Source: an uncultured delta proteobacterium (GTDB lineage Bacteria; Desulfobacterota; Binatia; UBA9968). From it: a stretch of 64,000 nucleotides of DNA. The stretch is taken from assembly GCA_963816145.1 (NCBI GenBank), contig CAWFJP010000011.1:416001-480000 (forward strand), written 5' to 3'. The notes under the pieces are model-generated. The model did not search any database, had not been told where the DNA came from, and saw only the letters and a list, made by a program, of their open reading frames with translations. A program made the position numbers and the translations under genes. Below are positions 40,323 to 50,883 of the stretch, in pieces. The stretch's first letter is position 1, and each line of letters opens with the position of its first letter.

Positions 40323-41135
40323 CTAGTCGCAAATATCCACCAGCACACCGTCCGGGTCGGCAAAGGCGTGTTTACCGATGGGACAAGCTTCGAGATCTTT
40401 GGCGATGGCGCCGCCCTGGACGCCGCCGGCGATTTTTTTCGCGGCGCATTCAGGGAACACGGCGGCGAGATCCGCTAGCTCCTTAGTGGTTTGCTCGACG
40501 CTGTCGACTTTGAAGCCGATGTGATCGAAGCCTTGGCGCATGGTGCGATAAAAGCCGTTGTGGCAGCGCCGAATGATCAACCGCACCTTGCCGTCGGTGA
40601 GCATGATCGATCCCGCTTCGCCGCCGGCTTCCACGCCTTCGAGCTCCAAGATTTTATGGTAAAACTCGGCGACTCTTTCCGGCTCCCGGGCGCGTAGCGC
40701 GATGTGGTTGAGCCAGCGCGGTTGCTCCCAGCCGTCGCTTAAATAACCTTCTCGTACGTTGGCCTGGCCTTTTTGCGCCAGATCGAACTGAACGCCGATG
40801 GGGTCCTGGGCGCGGATGCCGGCGAAGGGCACGTAGGCCAACGCTTTGGTATGCAGGAGCTCGGGGTAAAACCGATCGATCCGGTCGACCGCTTCGCGGA
40901 CATCTTCGACTTCGAAGCCGAAGTGATCGAGCCCCTGGCCGCTGCCGGCACGCTTGGCCAGTAGCGCCATGCCGATGACGCCGTCGCTAATATGGCCGCG
41001 TTCGGCGTTGGCTTTGCTGTTCTCGTCCATCAACCCGGTGGTGATCTGCTTCATGCCAAAAATAGTGCCGTAAAACTTGGCCATGGTGTCGTAACGTTCC
41101 GTATGGCTGGCGAGATGGCGAATGCGGGCGAACAT
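40323..41135 (-). CDS. VOC/glyoxalase family protein (two domains)
   Basis: IRHLA..FYGTIFG..GLDHFGFEV..DPIG; LNHIAL..FY..GFDHIGFKV..DPDGVLVDI. Confidence 0.85.
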   Translation of the reverse strand: MFARIRHLASHTERYDTMAKFYGTIFGMKQITTGLMDENSKANAERGHISDGVIGMALLAKRAGSGQGLDHFGFEVEDVREAVDRIDRFYPELLHTKALAYVPFAGIRAQDPIGVQFDLAQKGQANVREGYLSDGWEQPRWLNHIALRAREPERVAEFYHKILELEGVEAGGEAGSIMLTDGKVRLIIRRCHNGFYRTMRQGFDHIGFKVDSVEQTTKELADLAAVFPECAAKKIAGGVQGGAIAKDLEACPIGKHAFADPDGVLVDICD

Positions 41136-41240
41136 AGGCGCGCTCCTTGGTTTGCCGATAGTTTGGCTAACATCTAGTTCGCTCTCGGTTGGCTTGTCAA
41201 GGAACGGATGACGTGATCGGAGGGCTCTCGGGTTCGGAAT

Positions 41241-41385
41241 TTCTCCCGCAAAGGCGCAAACTCGCTAAGGCAAGAAAGAAATGTCATTTCGACCGAAGGG
41301 AGAAAGCTGTCATAGATCCCTTGCATTCACTCGGGATGACGGGCATCAGCCCGTCACCTTTGCGCCTTGGCGCCTTTGCAAGAGA
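41241..41385. repeat. Composite REP-like element, inverted relative to the 40183 copy
   Basis: ctcccgcaaaggcgcaaa...tgtcatttcgaccgaagggagaaa...cgggatgac...ctttgcgccttggcgcctttgcaagaga. Confidence 0.7.
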
Positions 41386-41461
41386 TCCTCCGGTCTTTCG
41401 GTGGTTTAATTGACGGCGATTAGACACCTTGCTAGGGTTCGCAATTGTCGACGGTTAGTAA

Positions 41462-42433
41462 ATGACCATGCAGAAAACGATCACAACTTTGTTTATCGCG
41501 CTCGTTTTACTTCTCTCTGCCACGCCGGCGGCGGCGCAGCTAAAAAAAGTGCGTTTGTCGGCGACCTCTATTGCCGTGACGGAATTACAATTTCGCATCG
41601 CCCTGCTCAAAGGCTTTTATCGCGACGAGGGGCTCGACGTTGAAATTATTCTGATTCGCGGCGCCGTCGGCATGCAGGCGCTGCTCGGCGGATCGGTGGA
41701 TTATACCTCGGCGGCGGGATCGATCATTGCCGGGGCCGTACGCGGCGTGCCGGTGCGGCTCGTCCTGGTCGTCAACACCAAACCGCAATTCGATCTGGTC
41801 GGCCAGCCGGACATCAAAACCGTGGCGCAGTTGAAGGGCAAGGTCGTCGGCATCTCGTCGCGCGGCGGAGCGGTGGACATCCTAACGCAAACGATTCTTT
41901 CCCAGCATGGAGTGACGGCGAACAAGGATGCGACCTTAATCGTCATCGGCAGTCCCGAAGAGTTGGTGACCGCGCTGCGCACCGGCCGCATCGCCGCCTG
42001 TCTGCTCACCCAGCCGCGCCAACTGATCCTTTACCGCGACGGCTTCACCAAGCTGGCCTATTCGGGCGATTATCTGAGCAGCTATCCCACCGGCGGCGTC
42101 GGCACGACGGAAGAGAAAATCAAAAATAATCCCGCCGAAGTCATGGGCTTCGTCCGCGCCAGCTTGAAGGGGCAGCACTACTTCGCCCAGCATCGCAGCG
42201 AATCCATCGATCTCATTTCCAAATATCTCGGCATCAAGGACCGTTCCTTGGCCACGGAAGTCTACGATCTCCAACTCAGCCGTCTTGGCGGAGCGACTTA
42301 TCTCGACGAAATCTGGATGCGCGGCGCCATCGAGTTCACCAAGAAGAGCATGGGCTTGACCAAAGAAGTTGCGCCCAACCAAGTGTTCGATTTTAGTTTC
42401 GCCGCGAAGGCGTTGGGACGTGGCAAGAGTTAA
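41462..42433 (+). CDS. ABC transporter substrate-binding protein (SsuA/NMT1-like)
   Basis: Signal peptide; KGFYRDEGLDVE, ALLGGSVDY, QLKGKVVG, VFDFSF. Confidence 0.87.
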   Translation: MTMQKTITTLFIALVLLLSATPAAAQLKKVRLSATSIAVTELQFRIALLKGFYRDEGLDVEIILIRGAVGMQALLGGSVDYTSAAGSIIAGAVRGVPVRLVLVVNTKPQFDLVGQPDIKTVAQLKGKVVGISSRGGAVDILTQTILSQHGVTANKDATLIVIGSPEELVTALRTGRIAACLLTQPRQLILYRDGFTKLAYSGDYLSSYPTGGVGTTEEKIKNNPAEVMGFVRASLKGQHYFAQHRSESIDLISKYLGIKDRSLATEVYDLQLSRLGGATYLDEIWMRGAIEFTKKSMGLTKEVAPNQVFDFSFAAKALGRGKS

Positions 42434-42477
42434 CCATTATCAATTCAATACGACCGACCGATCTTTTGAGAGATGAC

Positions 42478-43443
42478 ATGGCTTACTCGATCAAACTCAC
42501 CTTGGGCATGGCGATAACTCCGCGCACCCGCGCTCTATTCGACGGCACGGTTCGCCCTGAAGCGATCGAGCTGCGCTGCGAGAGCCAATTCGGCGACGGC
42601 CTGGATAATACCGGCGCGCGCCACCGGGCGATCCTCGGCGGCGCCATCGACGGCGGCGAATGTTCGACCTCCTCGCTGATTCTGGCGCGCATGAGAGGCA
42701 TGTCGATTCGCGGCCTGCCGGTTTTTCCGGCGCGCCAGTTTCGCCACCGCTGCATTTACTGCGCGACGGCATCGAACCTGGTCCATCCATCCGAGCTCGC
42801 AGGCAAACGCGTGACCGCCCATCGCTACAACGCCACCACCGCGGTTTGGTTGCGCGCCCTATTGCAGGACGAATACGGCGTCGCGCCGCAAGCGATGCAG
42901 TGGTATGTGGCGGAACCGGATGTCGGCGAGGAAGCCGGCGTGCCGCCGCCTGCGTCGGTGGCCGTAAACTTCATTGCGCCGCCGCGAACTCGCGAGCATG
43001 CCATTGAATTGGTGGAGAACGGCGGAATCGACGCCGCATTGGAACCCTACGGCTCGCTCGCCAAAAATCCGCAACTGCGCCGCTTGCTCAAGGACCACCG
43101 GCGCGAGGAAGCCGCCTACTTTCGCCGCACCCAGGTGATCCCGGTGATCCATACGCTGGTCCTGCGGGAAAAGCTGGCCGAAAACCACCCTTGGATCATC
43201 GACAGCCTGCTCGCCGCTTTCCGCAAGGCGCGCGCTCTGGAAGAGAAGTACATGAGCGCCGACGAGAAAGACGAAGCGCGCTGGTTGAGCGCTGCTATCG
43301 GTTACGACCCGTACGCCTACACTTTTGATGAATCGACGCGCAAGTCGCTCGACGCTTTGATCCGCTGCCAGATCCAGCAGGGACTGCTCCAACGCGCGCC
43401 CGCGCTGGAAGAATTGTTTTTTCAGCAAACCTTGAACGCTTAA
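42478..43443 (+). CDS. 4,5-dihydroxyphthalate decarboxylase-like (OphC-like) protein
   Basis: RTRALFDGTV, LPVFPARQFRH, LAGKRV, TTAVWLRALLQDEYGV, IPVIHTLVLR, DPYAY. Confidence 0.7.
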   Translation: MAYSIKLTLGMAITPRTRALFDGTVRPEAIELRCESQFGDGLDNTGARHRAILGGAIDGGECSTSSLILARMRGMSIRGLPVFPARQFRHRCIYCATASNLVHPSELAGKRVTAHRYNATTAVWLRALLQDEYGVAPQAMQWYVAEPDVGEEAGVPPPASVAVNFIAPPRTREHAIELVENGGIDAALEPYGSLAKNPQLRRLLKDHRREEAAYFRRTQVIPVIHTLVLREKLAENHPWIIDSLLAAFRKARALEEKYMSADEKDEARWLSAAIGYDPYAYTFDESTRKSLDALIRCQIQQGLLQRAPALEELFFQQTLNA

Positions 43444-43509
43444 ATTTATTTGTTGCGCTTTCAGCGCAAGTCTCCGCCACAATATAAAGTGCGCATTAGG
43501 ATCAGCGTT

Positions 43510-44643
43510 ATGAAAATGAAATTTATCTTCGTGATGCTTTGGCTTATTGCCGGGGCGCATAGCGGCGTGCTGCTTTTGGCGAACCCGGCGCTATCTCAAA
43601 CCGGCGCCTCGACCGACTGGGAGCGCACAGTGGCGGCGGCGAAGAAAGAAGGCAAAGTCGTCGCCGGTATTCCGGCCAGCGCCGACCTGCGCAAACAGCT
43701 TGAAACGGCGTTCAAAGCGAAATTCCCCGCCATCGAGATTGAATTGTCGCCCAGCCGCGGGCCGCAGAACGTGAGAAAAATCGCCGAAGAGTACAAAGCC
43801 GGTATCCACAACTTCGACCTCAGCATCGGCGGCACCGACACGATGCTGTACGGTTTCGTCGAGCCGGGGATCGCCGAACCGTTTGAACCGTATATGCTTC
43901 TGCCGGAAGTCAAAGATCCCAAGCAATGGTGGGGCGGCCATATCTGGGGCGATAATCAGAGCGGCAAACGGTTTATCTATTCCTTCGAAGCTTTCACCAG
44001 CGACAATCTCTGGCACAACACCGAACTGGTGAAAGCCGAAGAGATCCGTTCCTACGACGACCTGCTGCAGCCCAAGTGGAAAGGCAAAATCGGCATACTC
44101 GATCCTCGCAACCCGGGAGCCGGCCACTCGACCTGGACGTTTTTATGGATGATCAAGGGCGAGGACTATCTCAAGAAACTGGTGCAGCAGGATCTCCTGA
44201 TCAGCACTAATCAAAGACTGCTCGGCGAGGGTCTCGCCAAAGGAAAACTCTCGCTTACCATCGGTATTTCCTACTACACGCTGGAGCCGTTTCTAAAAGC
44301 CAAGCTACCCGTCAAAGCGCTTCCCGTGCCCAAAGAAGGCACCCACACGAGCAACGGCAGCGGCACGATAACCATCGTCAAGAATCCGCCCCACCCGAAC
44401 GCGACAAAAGTGTTTATCAACTGGCTCCTCGGCAAAGAAGGGCAAGAGACCTTCGGCAAAGCGATCGGCCAGGCGACGCGCCAGCTCGACGTCGACACCA
44501 AGTGGCTCCAGTCCATCGGCGTCTATGCCGCCAAGGACTCGCTCACCATCGAGAGTTATTACAAGTTACAAAATCACCTGGAGGACGCCATCAACCAGTA
44601 TCGCCGGCCGGCCATGGAGATTGCGCGCCAGCTGATCCGCTAG
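43510..44643 (+). CDS. Extracellular solute-binding protein (Fe3+/polyamine-type fold)
   Basis: WERTVAAAKKEGKV, SYDDLLQPKWKGKI, PPHPNATKVFINWLL..EGQ. Confidence 0.85.
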   Translation: MKMKFIFVMLWLIAGAHSGVLLLANPALSQTGASTDWERTVAAAKKEGKVVAGIPASADLRKQLETAFKAKFPAIEIELSPSRGPQNVRKIAEEYKAGIHNFDLSIGGTDTMLYGFVEPGIAEPFEPYMLLPEVKDPKQWWGGHIWGDNQSGKRFIYSFEAFTSDNLWHNTELVKAEEIRSYDDLLQPKWKGKIGILDPRNPGAGHSTWTFLWMIKGEDYLKKLVQQDLLISTNQRLLGEGLAKGKLSLTIGISYYTLEPFLKAKLPVKALPVPKEGTHTSNGSGTITIVKNPPHPNATKVFINWLLGKEGQETFGKAIGQATRQLDVDTKWLQSIGVYAAKDSLTIESYYKLQNHLEDAINQYRRPAMEIARQLIR

Positions 44644-44705
44644 CCGCATCCAATTAACCTCCGTGCGCTATCTGTTTTCGCACAAATCTCGGTCTGCGCC
44701 ATTCT

Positions 44706-45926
44706 TCACGCCGCCACCAACTTCAGATGCGCGAAACGATCGCGCCATTGAACATTTGCCGGGATGGTTTGCGCGAAGGTGTCGATGTGCGGGAAGCGAT
44801 TGCGCGCCGCGTCGCGGACAATGTGCGGCGGCTCCTTGCCAGCCTGGAATTCATTGACCGCATTGATGAGGTATTTGCGCACGGCGATCACCGCCTTGTC
44901 GCTCACCCCTAAGTGCTCGCGCGAGCGGTCGTAGATCGGCCCCATGGTTTCGGTGGCGCAGCCGTCGTGGTTGATGAAATTTTCAATGCCGGTGTAGTTG
45001 GTGGTCTTCTGGATCTGGCGGTCTTGCAAATAGTTATTCTTTAAATTGCGGATTTTGCGGTAGTCGGGGGCGATCTGGGTTTTACGATTCCAGTCGTCTT
45101 CGGTCGGCTTGCGGTCGTGCAGAAAGCCCAGATCGTAGCGCCACGCGTGCTCGTCATCCGCGGGCACGTAGATATGCGCCTCGCGGTTGCGCGCCGGCAC
45201 CCAGCAAGAGATCGGCATGACGAAGCTCGACACGCGCACATATTGGGTGTCGGGACCGGCGTTGCGCGTCGCGATCAAGCGCACGCCGAAGTCGGTCTCC
45301 TCGGTTTCATAGGCCGGCGCGGAGTCTAGGGCAAAAAGTTGGCGGCGCCCCAAAACGCCAAACTCGCGGTGCAGGAACGACAAGTGCGAAGAATCGCATT
45401 CGCCTTCAAGCCCCTGCAAGTAGTTGCAGTCCATCAGCGCTTTGGTGACGTAGGTTTGCTCCTTCGGTATCTGCGTCCATTCGTAGTTGGGGAACAGCGG
45501 CATCTGTTCGCGCGGACCAAGATAGGCGAAGACGATACCCGCCGTCTCCACCGTCCGATAGGCGACCTGCTTGAGCTTGGACTTGAAGTCGCTGCCGGCC
45601 GGTTCCGCCGGCGTGTCGAGGACGTTACCTTCGATGTCGTACTTCCAACCATGGTAAATGCACCTGATACCGCATTCCTCGTTGCGGCCGAAAAACAGCG
45701 ACGTGCCGCGATGCAAGCAGTGCTCGCCCAACAGCCCCGCTCGTCCCTGGCTATCGCGGAACGCAACTAACTTCTCGCTTAAGATGCGCACCCGCACCGG
45801 CGGACAATCAGGTTCCGGGATCTCCTCGGATAATAATGCGGGAATCCAATAGCGCCGCATTAACTCCCCCATCGGCGTCCCTACCGCGGTCTTGGTCAAA
45901 AGTTCATTCTGTTCTGTAGGCAGCAT
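44706..45926 (-). CDS. Rieske non-heme iron oxygenase alpha subunit (phthalate 4,5-dioxygenase-like)
   Basis: TPMGELMRRYWIP, CLHRG..CIYHGW Rieske ligands, EGECDSSHLSFLH, EHLGVSD. Confidence 0.88.
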   Translation of the reverse strand: MLPTEQNELLTKTAVGTPMGELMRRYWIPALLSEEIPEPDCPPVRVRILSEKLVAFRDSQGRAGLLGEHCLHRGTSLFFGRNEECGIRCIYHGWKYDIEGNVLDTPAEPAGSDFKSKLKQVAYRTVETAGIVFAYLGPREQMPLFPNYEWTQIPKEQTYVTKALMDCNYLQGLEGECDSSHLSFLHREFGVLGRRQLFALDSAPAYETEETDFGVRLIATRNAGPDTQYVRVSSFVMPISCWVPARNREAHIYVPADDEHAWRYDLGFLHDRKPTEDDWNRKTQIAPDYRKIRNLKNNYLQDRQIQKTTNYTGIENFINHDGCATETMGPIYDRSREHLGVSDKAVIAVRKYLINAVNEFQAGKEPPHIVRDAARNRFPHIDTFAQTIPANVQWRDRFAHLKLVAA

Positions 45927-46204
45927 GTCGTATTTCCCCTTCGCCGAGCAGAATAATCATTACGACAGCAGTTTCCAACACTCGAACGCTCTGCGACTCT
46001 CACCAGTCGCACGGGCTTAAACACCCGCAATTCGATTTCTCGACGGAATCGAGGCAGGTCAACAATGGACGTCCATGGAACAATTATGGCTTTTTGCGCC
46101 ATCCTTGTGAAAATTACCAATATCGTTTTTCGGCATTGGAGTTGCTGTCCCTTCAGTAAATCGTCAAGGACATATACGTGGCGATCACGGACCCTCTTTG
46201 ATCC

Positions 46205-46546
46205 GTGCTGATACTGGTGATGACGGAAGGGAGCATGTTTATGATAGCCGGAGGTTTTGGTCTCTATCATTTGTTGGCGTTGGCGTTGTTCCTCATCTTG
46301 GCGGCTTGGATGGCGAAAAAACCCTTCGGCGCTTTTTTCAAACCGCATACAGCGGGGAGTGCGCTTACGAACAATCTACTTGTCGAGCGACTGTTCGCGG
46401 CTAAGGCCATCTCGCCACAGAAGAACTGTCCGAACTGCGCCAAACCAACGTCGCTCTCAGCGCTAATTTGCGATGCTTGCGAATTCAATTTTCTTTCTGG
46501 AATGGTCGGAACAAAACTAAAGTCGCTACCCGCACCGAAGCTATGA
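46205..46546 (+). CDS. Small membrane protein with C-terminal zinc ribbon
   Basis: TM helix plus CPNC-x10-CDAC. Confidence 0.55.
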   Translation: MLILVMTEGSMFMIAGGFGLYHLLALALFLILAAWMAKKPFGAFFKPHTAGSALTNNLLVERLFAAKAISPQKNCPNCAKPTSLSALICDACEFNFLSGMVGTKLKSLPAPKL

Positions 46547-46927
46547 CCGCCGAGAATCGAAACCGCATTTAACGTCTCCTTCGCTTTGATCTAAAGACTT
46601 CACAAGGCTTTTTTCCGGTCATTGATTGCCGTGGCCGACTTATCCACTTTCACGGTCCGATTCCCCTCGCAACGACCCGAGTCCCGGTTCGATTTCGGGT
46701 ATCCCGCCTCAATATCAACGCCATCTTAAGAACAACCAAGCCACACACACCTCCCTCGCCGGCTCGACGTTTGCGATTGGGTCCAAGGCCCCTCCATGTT
46801 AGCGTGATCCCTGATGGTGCGCTTGATCATAGCGCGTGAACCGGCCACTCTTCGATCAGGCCGGCCACCCGCATGAATCGGCACGGTCACACGCAGATAA
46901 ATGAATCCCCCGGCAAAGGAGCGGAAA

Positions 46928-47125
46928 ATGGATGACAAAGCACAGATTCAAGACGCCTACGGTGCGATGATACAATTGAAGTTCAAAGTGTTCTTCGAAT
47001 CATTCACGGCCGCTCATGGCGACTCCGAACAGGAGCGCAGCGCAGAAGAGCGCTTCAAGGGTGGTATTGTGCATGCTCTCTACATCCGATACCGGGCCAT
47101 CGCGCTGTTGCAGCCGGGCGCGTGA
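46928..47125 (+). CDS. Small hypothetical protein
   Basis: AAGGAG RBS; MDDKAQIQDAYGAMIQLKF.. Confidence 0.45.
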   Translation: MDDKAQIQDAYGAMIQLKFKVFFESFTAAHGDSEQERSAEERFKGGIVHALYIRYRAIALLQPGA

Positions 47126-47133
47126 GTGAGACT

Positions 47134-47335
47134 CTACCCATGCCGCGACGGCCGGCCAAACCCGCAATCGGTTCGCGCATCCCGATCCTGTGCAACGCCT
47201 TCCAGGTCCAAGCCTGGATGTTGGCGACGACCGGTTTATCGCTCGCCTTCTCGATCCGTTCGATGACTGAGACCGTGCGCCACTTGTTGGACTGCATGTA
47301 GACGCCGTCAACATCGGGATATTCGCGCAAGTGCG
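47134..47335 (-). pseudogene. Diverged copy of the 3' end of the 51596-52303 gene
   Basis: LREYPDVDGVYMQSNKWRTVSVIERIEKASDKPVVANIQAWTWKALHRIGMR vs LREHPDVDGVYMPCNKWRTVSVIERIEKESGKPVVTNTQAWTREALHGMGMR. Confidence 0.88.
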
Positions 47336-47672
47336 AGAATCCTGATAGGGCAACCTGACGTTAAGGACCGGAAGGATTATGTTGCCGATATCATCCTTCC
47401 GTGCTGCTTCGCTTGCCGCAACATCACTCAGGTTACCTGTTACGTTTGTCCGCGGTTAACAATGAATTATCGATTGCGATCCTGTCGGAGGGTATGCGCA
47501 CCTGAGGTAGATTCGAATGATCCGCCACAGCCTTGGCAACTGTTCTGCTCCGAGTGCTCTTTTAGTCCCTTTGCTGAAACCCGCGCCAATTCTTGTCGGC
47601 TTCCTGCTGTGTAGTTTACTCCTATAAGTTCTCTAATTGTTTAGAACCCTCCCTGAGTTCCAACGAGTCATT

Positions 47673-47687
47673 TGGTGCGGCGTTTGC
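47673..47687 (+). promoter_or_regulatory. Putative sigma-54 promoter upstream of the histidine kinase
   Basis: TGGTGCGGCGTTTGC (GG-N10-GC) 60 bp before ATG 47747. Confidence 0.5.
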
Positions 47688-47746
47688 TGTAAGACTCGCG
47701 AGAGTATTGTCTAGCGTCATCTCGTTTTCGCGAGAACCGGCAGAAA

Positions 47747-50164
47747 ATGATTGAGTTTGCCTCAAGTCTCAGGGGTCGTTTAATCGCACTTGTGCTGCTG
47801 GCGCTTCTGCCAGCTTTCTGCGTTATCTTATTCACCGATCAAAGACACCGCGCTTCTATCGCTACCCAGGTGCAGAAGAGCGCTCTCGGATCTGCCCGCG
47901 TCATCGCCACCGAACAACGGCGGATATTCGAGAATGCCCATCAGTTACTCATTACCCTGGCGCGGTTGCCCCAGATCCGCGAGCACAATAGCGTCGCATG
48001 CGAAAAGATTCTGGTTGGATTATTGGAGCCGCTGTATATCGATCTCGGAGTCTTTGATCCCAAGGGCAATTTGCTGTGTAATGCATCGGGCGCCAGCGCC
48101 TACCAAGGCCGCCACCTAAACAACTCTCTCATCCGCCGCGTCGTTGAAACCCAAGATCTAACGGTGGGTGAAATCCAACAGGATGCGTCGAACGGCAAGA
48201 CGGTCATCGAGTTGGGGTTTCCCGTTAGCGATGCGCCAGGCATTCTTCGCGGCATCGCATTCGTCGTCTTGGATTATTCCTGGATTGTCCGAATTACCGC
48301 CGTAAATCATTTACCTTCAGAAGCGTCATTTACGCTCTTCGACGACCAGGGTAGGGTCTTTCTGCGTTACCCGGAAGAAGCAATAGCGGTCGTTACGCGT
48401 ATTCACGCCGGGGTTCCCGTTGGTGCAAACCTCGTTCGAGGAGTCGAGGGGAACATCGAATCCCTCGGCGTGGACCGCGTGGCGCGCCTCTTTACCTACC
48501 GGCAATTGGACAACCGTATAGCCGGGAACATTTATTACGTAGGGATCGACATCCCAGCTCGGGCAGCGTTTAGCGAATCGGAGCGCATACTTCGGCAAAA
48601 CCTCCTGGTTCTCGGCGGCTTGGCAACGTTAACTTTGGTCGCAGCCTGGTTCGGCGCCGATCTGTTCGTATTGCGCCGAGTGCGTGATTTGATGAGTGCC
48701 ACAAGGGAACTAGCCTCGGGCAATTTGACGGCACGCACGGGTCTGCCCTACGGCGAGAGTGAGCTCGGACAGCTTTCCCGGACCTTCGACGATTTGGCAC
48801 AGACACTGGAGCAACGCGCGGCAGACGCCAGAGTGGCAGAAACGAAAATTCAAACGCAGCACCTACGCCAAAGCGCCATTCATGAAATCAGTGCGGCAAT
48901 GACCTCCAGTCTCGATGTCGGCAATGTTTTAAATGCTCTTCTCAACGGTGTCGCCGCCCTGTTTCCCTCGTCATATGCGACTCTGAGCTGGTTGGATGAG
49001 CATAGCGGAATGATCGAGACCGTTGGTCAGCCGACGCGAAACGAAGCTACGGACAAGCAAATTTCCGCCAATAGCGAACTAGGTCTCCCTAAGGAAGTCG
49101 TCAAACTAAAGTCTCCCCTGCTGATCCCGAATGTTCAGTTGGATTCGCGGGTGTCGGCCCCGGATTACCTGCGCGCCGCGGGCTTTGTCACGTACCTAGG
49201 CCTGCCGATGATCGTCAAAGATGAAGTATTGGGCGTCCTATCTTTCTATTCAACGGAAGCTATCGACCTAAGACCCGAAGAAGAGATTTTTCTAACTGAC
49301 ATCACGCAACAGGCGGCCATCGCGCTTCACAACTCACGTCTGTACGAGCAGACCAAGAATCAAGCTACCGAGCTCGAGAAATCGAACCGGATCAAAGACG
49401 AATTCCTGGGAGTGATCTCTCACGAACTGCGCACACCGCTCAATATCATTATGAACTGCGCGGAAGCACTGAAGATGGGTGTGTTTGGCGAGATCACCGC
49501 GGAGCACGAAAAAGGCACGGAAAAAATTAGAACCCAGGCAAGCCATCTGCTGTCGCTGATCAACGGCATATTGGAAATCACCAAAATCGAAACCGGCGGA
49601 ACCAGCCTCAACCTCGAACCCATCGATCTCAATGCGCTCAGCAGCGAGTTAGAATCCGACTATGCCATGGTGTCTAAGGAAAAACATTTGGCGGTTAATT
49701 GGCACATGCCGGCCAATCTGCCCCGCATCACTTGCGACCGCATCAAACTGCGCCAGGTAATAATCAACCTGGTCAATAATGCCATCAAATTCACGGACGA
49801 GGGTTCGGTGGACATATTCTTCCGTAGCGTCGCGGACGAACCGTTCTTCGAGGTCTCGGTAGCGGACACGGGCATCGGCATGGCTGATGAGTTTTTGCCA
49901 CACATTTTCGATAAATTTCGCCAGATAGACAACTCCACCACGCGAAACTACTCCGGCACCGGGCTTGGGCTTTACCTGGTCAAGGGCTTCCTCGACCTAC
50001 TGGGCGGGACGATCGGCGTAAAGAGCAAGGTCGGTGAAGGAACGATTTTCACCGTACGGATACCGGTTCGTACGGCGGTTAGCATTCGCGCAGACCAGGG
50101 TCTACCGCGCAAGCTATCCACTGGCGGCGACGTTTCACAGCCATACATTGAAGGAGAGTTGTGA
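47747..50164 (+). CDS. Sensor histidine kinase (dCache-HAMP-GAF-HisKA-HATPase)
   Basis: Two TM helices; HAMP (ELGQLSRTFD); GAF; SHELRTPL H-box; NLVNNAIKFT, DTGIG, GTGLGL. Confidence 0.92.
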   Translation: MIEFASSLRGRLIALVLLALLPAFCVILFTDQRHRASIATQVQKSALGSARVIATEQRRIFENAHQLLITLARLPQIREHNSVACEKILVGLLEPLYIDLGVFDPKGNLLCNASGASAYQGRHLNNSLIRRVVETQDLTVGEIQQDASNGKTVIELGFPVSDAPGILRGIAFVVLDYSWIVRITAVNHLPSEASFTLFDDQGRVFLRYPEEAIAVVTRIHAGVPVGANLVRGVEGNIESLGVDRVARLFTYRQLDNRIAGNIYYVGIDIPARAAFSESERILRQNLLVLGGLATLTLVAAWFGADLFVLRRVRDLMSATRELASGNLTARTGLPYGESELGQLSRTFDDLAQTLEQRAADARVAETKIQTQHLRQSAIHEISAAMTSSLDVGNVLNALLNGVAALFPSSYATLSWLDEHSGMIETVGQPTRNEATDKQISANSELGLPKEVVKLKSPLLIPNVQLDSRVSAPDYLRAAGFVTYLGLPMIVKDEVLGVLSFYSTEAIDLRPEEEIFLTDITQQAAIALHNSRLYEQTKNQATELEKSNRIKDEFLGVISHELRTPLNIIMNCAEALKMGVFGEITAEHEKGTEKIRTQASHLLSLINGILEITKIETGGTSLNLEPIDLNALSSELESDYAMVSKEKHLAVNWHMPANLPRITCDRIKLRQVIINLVNNAIKFTDEGSVDIFFRSVADEPFFEVSVADTGIGMADEFLPHIFDKFRQIDNSTTRNYSGTGLGLYLVKGFLDLLGGTIGVKSKVGEGTIFTVRIPVRTAVSIRADQGLPRKLSTGGDVSQPYIEGEL

Positions 50165-50883
50165 TGGGACCAATCATCCTACGTAACTTCATGACGGGCT
50201 ATTCGTCGATGCTCATCCTGATGGTGGCCATCTCGGGCTATTCGTCGATTCAATTGGGCAAACTCAGCGAATCCGCGAACCTCGCAGTCAACGTCGAACA
50301 GCGCATGATCGACCACTCGGAAAAACTCGCCGATGCTTTCCTGTCCGAAGTAAGATACGCGGGCAAATTCATTGTTACCCACGCCGCCGTACACCAAGAT
50401 CAGTCTAAACAATTCAAAGGTGACTTCGATCGCTACCTGGCCCAATTAAAGGCTCTACACGGGCCAAAGGATGCGGTTCAGCGCTTGGCTCGCACTGAAG
50501 AATATCATGCGCAGTTTTATCAACTGTTCGAGAAGGAAATTGATTACATCAACAACAAGCAGCCCTATGCCGAAAGCCGCTACCGGGAAGAAAGAGAGCG
50601 CCTTGTTGATTATTTGCTCAGAGAACTTGATGCATTTAAGAACGATCTCCACGAGAGTTTGCAGCAAAGAATCGCGGATATTGAACAGGCAGCGCTCAAA
50701 AGCCGAAGGATCACTTTAGGCGCCACTCTGCTACTGGTTGGTTTGGGCGCTATCTTCGCCTATCGCCTATATAGCAAAATCTCCAGTGAAGGGACGACCT
50801 CCAGTGCCGCTCGCGAGAATGCGCTGTTGGGTGGATGGTTGCGGTCCATGTCCTGGCGGAAAGGGTTTGGTATGTCGAAATGA
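50161..50883 (+). CDS. Two-TM protein with periplasmic four-helix-bundle sensor domain and no cytoplasmic kinase
   Basis: TM - helical periplasmic region - TM - short tail. Confidence 0.6.
   Translation: MMGPIILRNFMTGYSSMLILMVAISGYSSIQLGKLSESANLAVNVEQRMIDHSEKLADAFLSEVRYAGKFIVTHAAVHQDQSKQFKGDFDRYLAQLKALHGPKDAVQRLARTEEYHAQFYQLFEKEIDYINNKQPYAESRYREERERLVDYLLRELDAFKNDLHESLQQRIADIEQAALKSRRITLGATLLLVGLGAIFAYRLYSKISSEGTTSSAARENALLGGWLRSMSWRKGFGMSK

Noticed and set aside
46680-46705. tRNA-like GGTTCGA segment
   Set aside because: No cloverleaf or acceptor stem can be formed around it
46726-46938. HicA toxin remnant (RVTVPIHAG)
   Set aside because: Only a short motif resemblance; no GSH motif and no hicB partner
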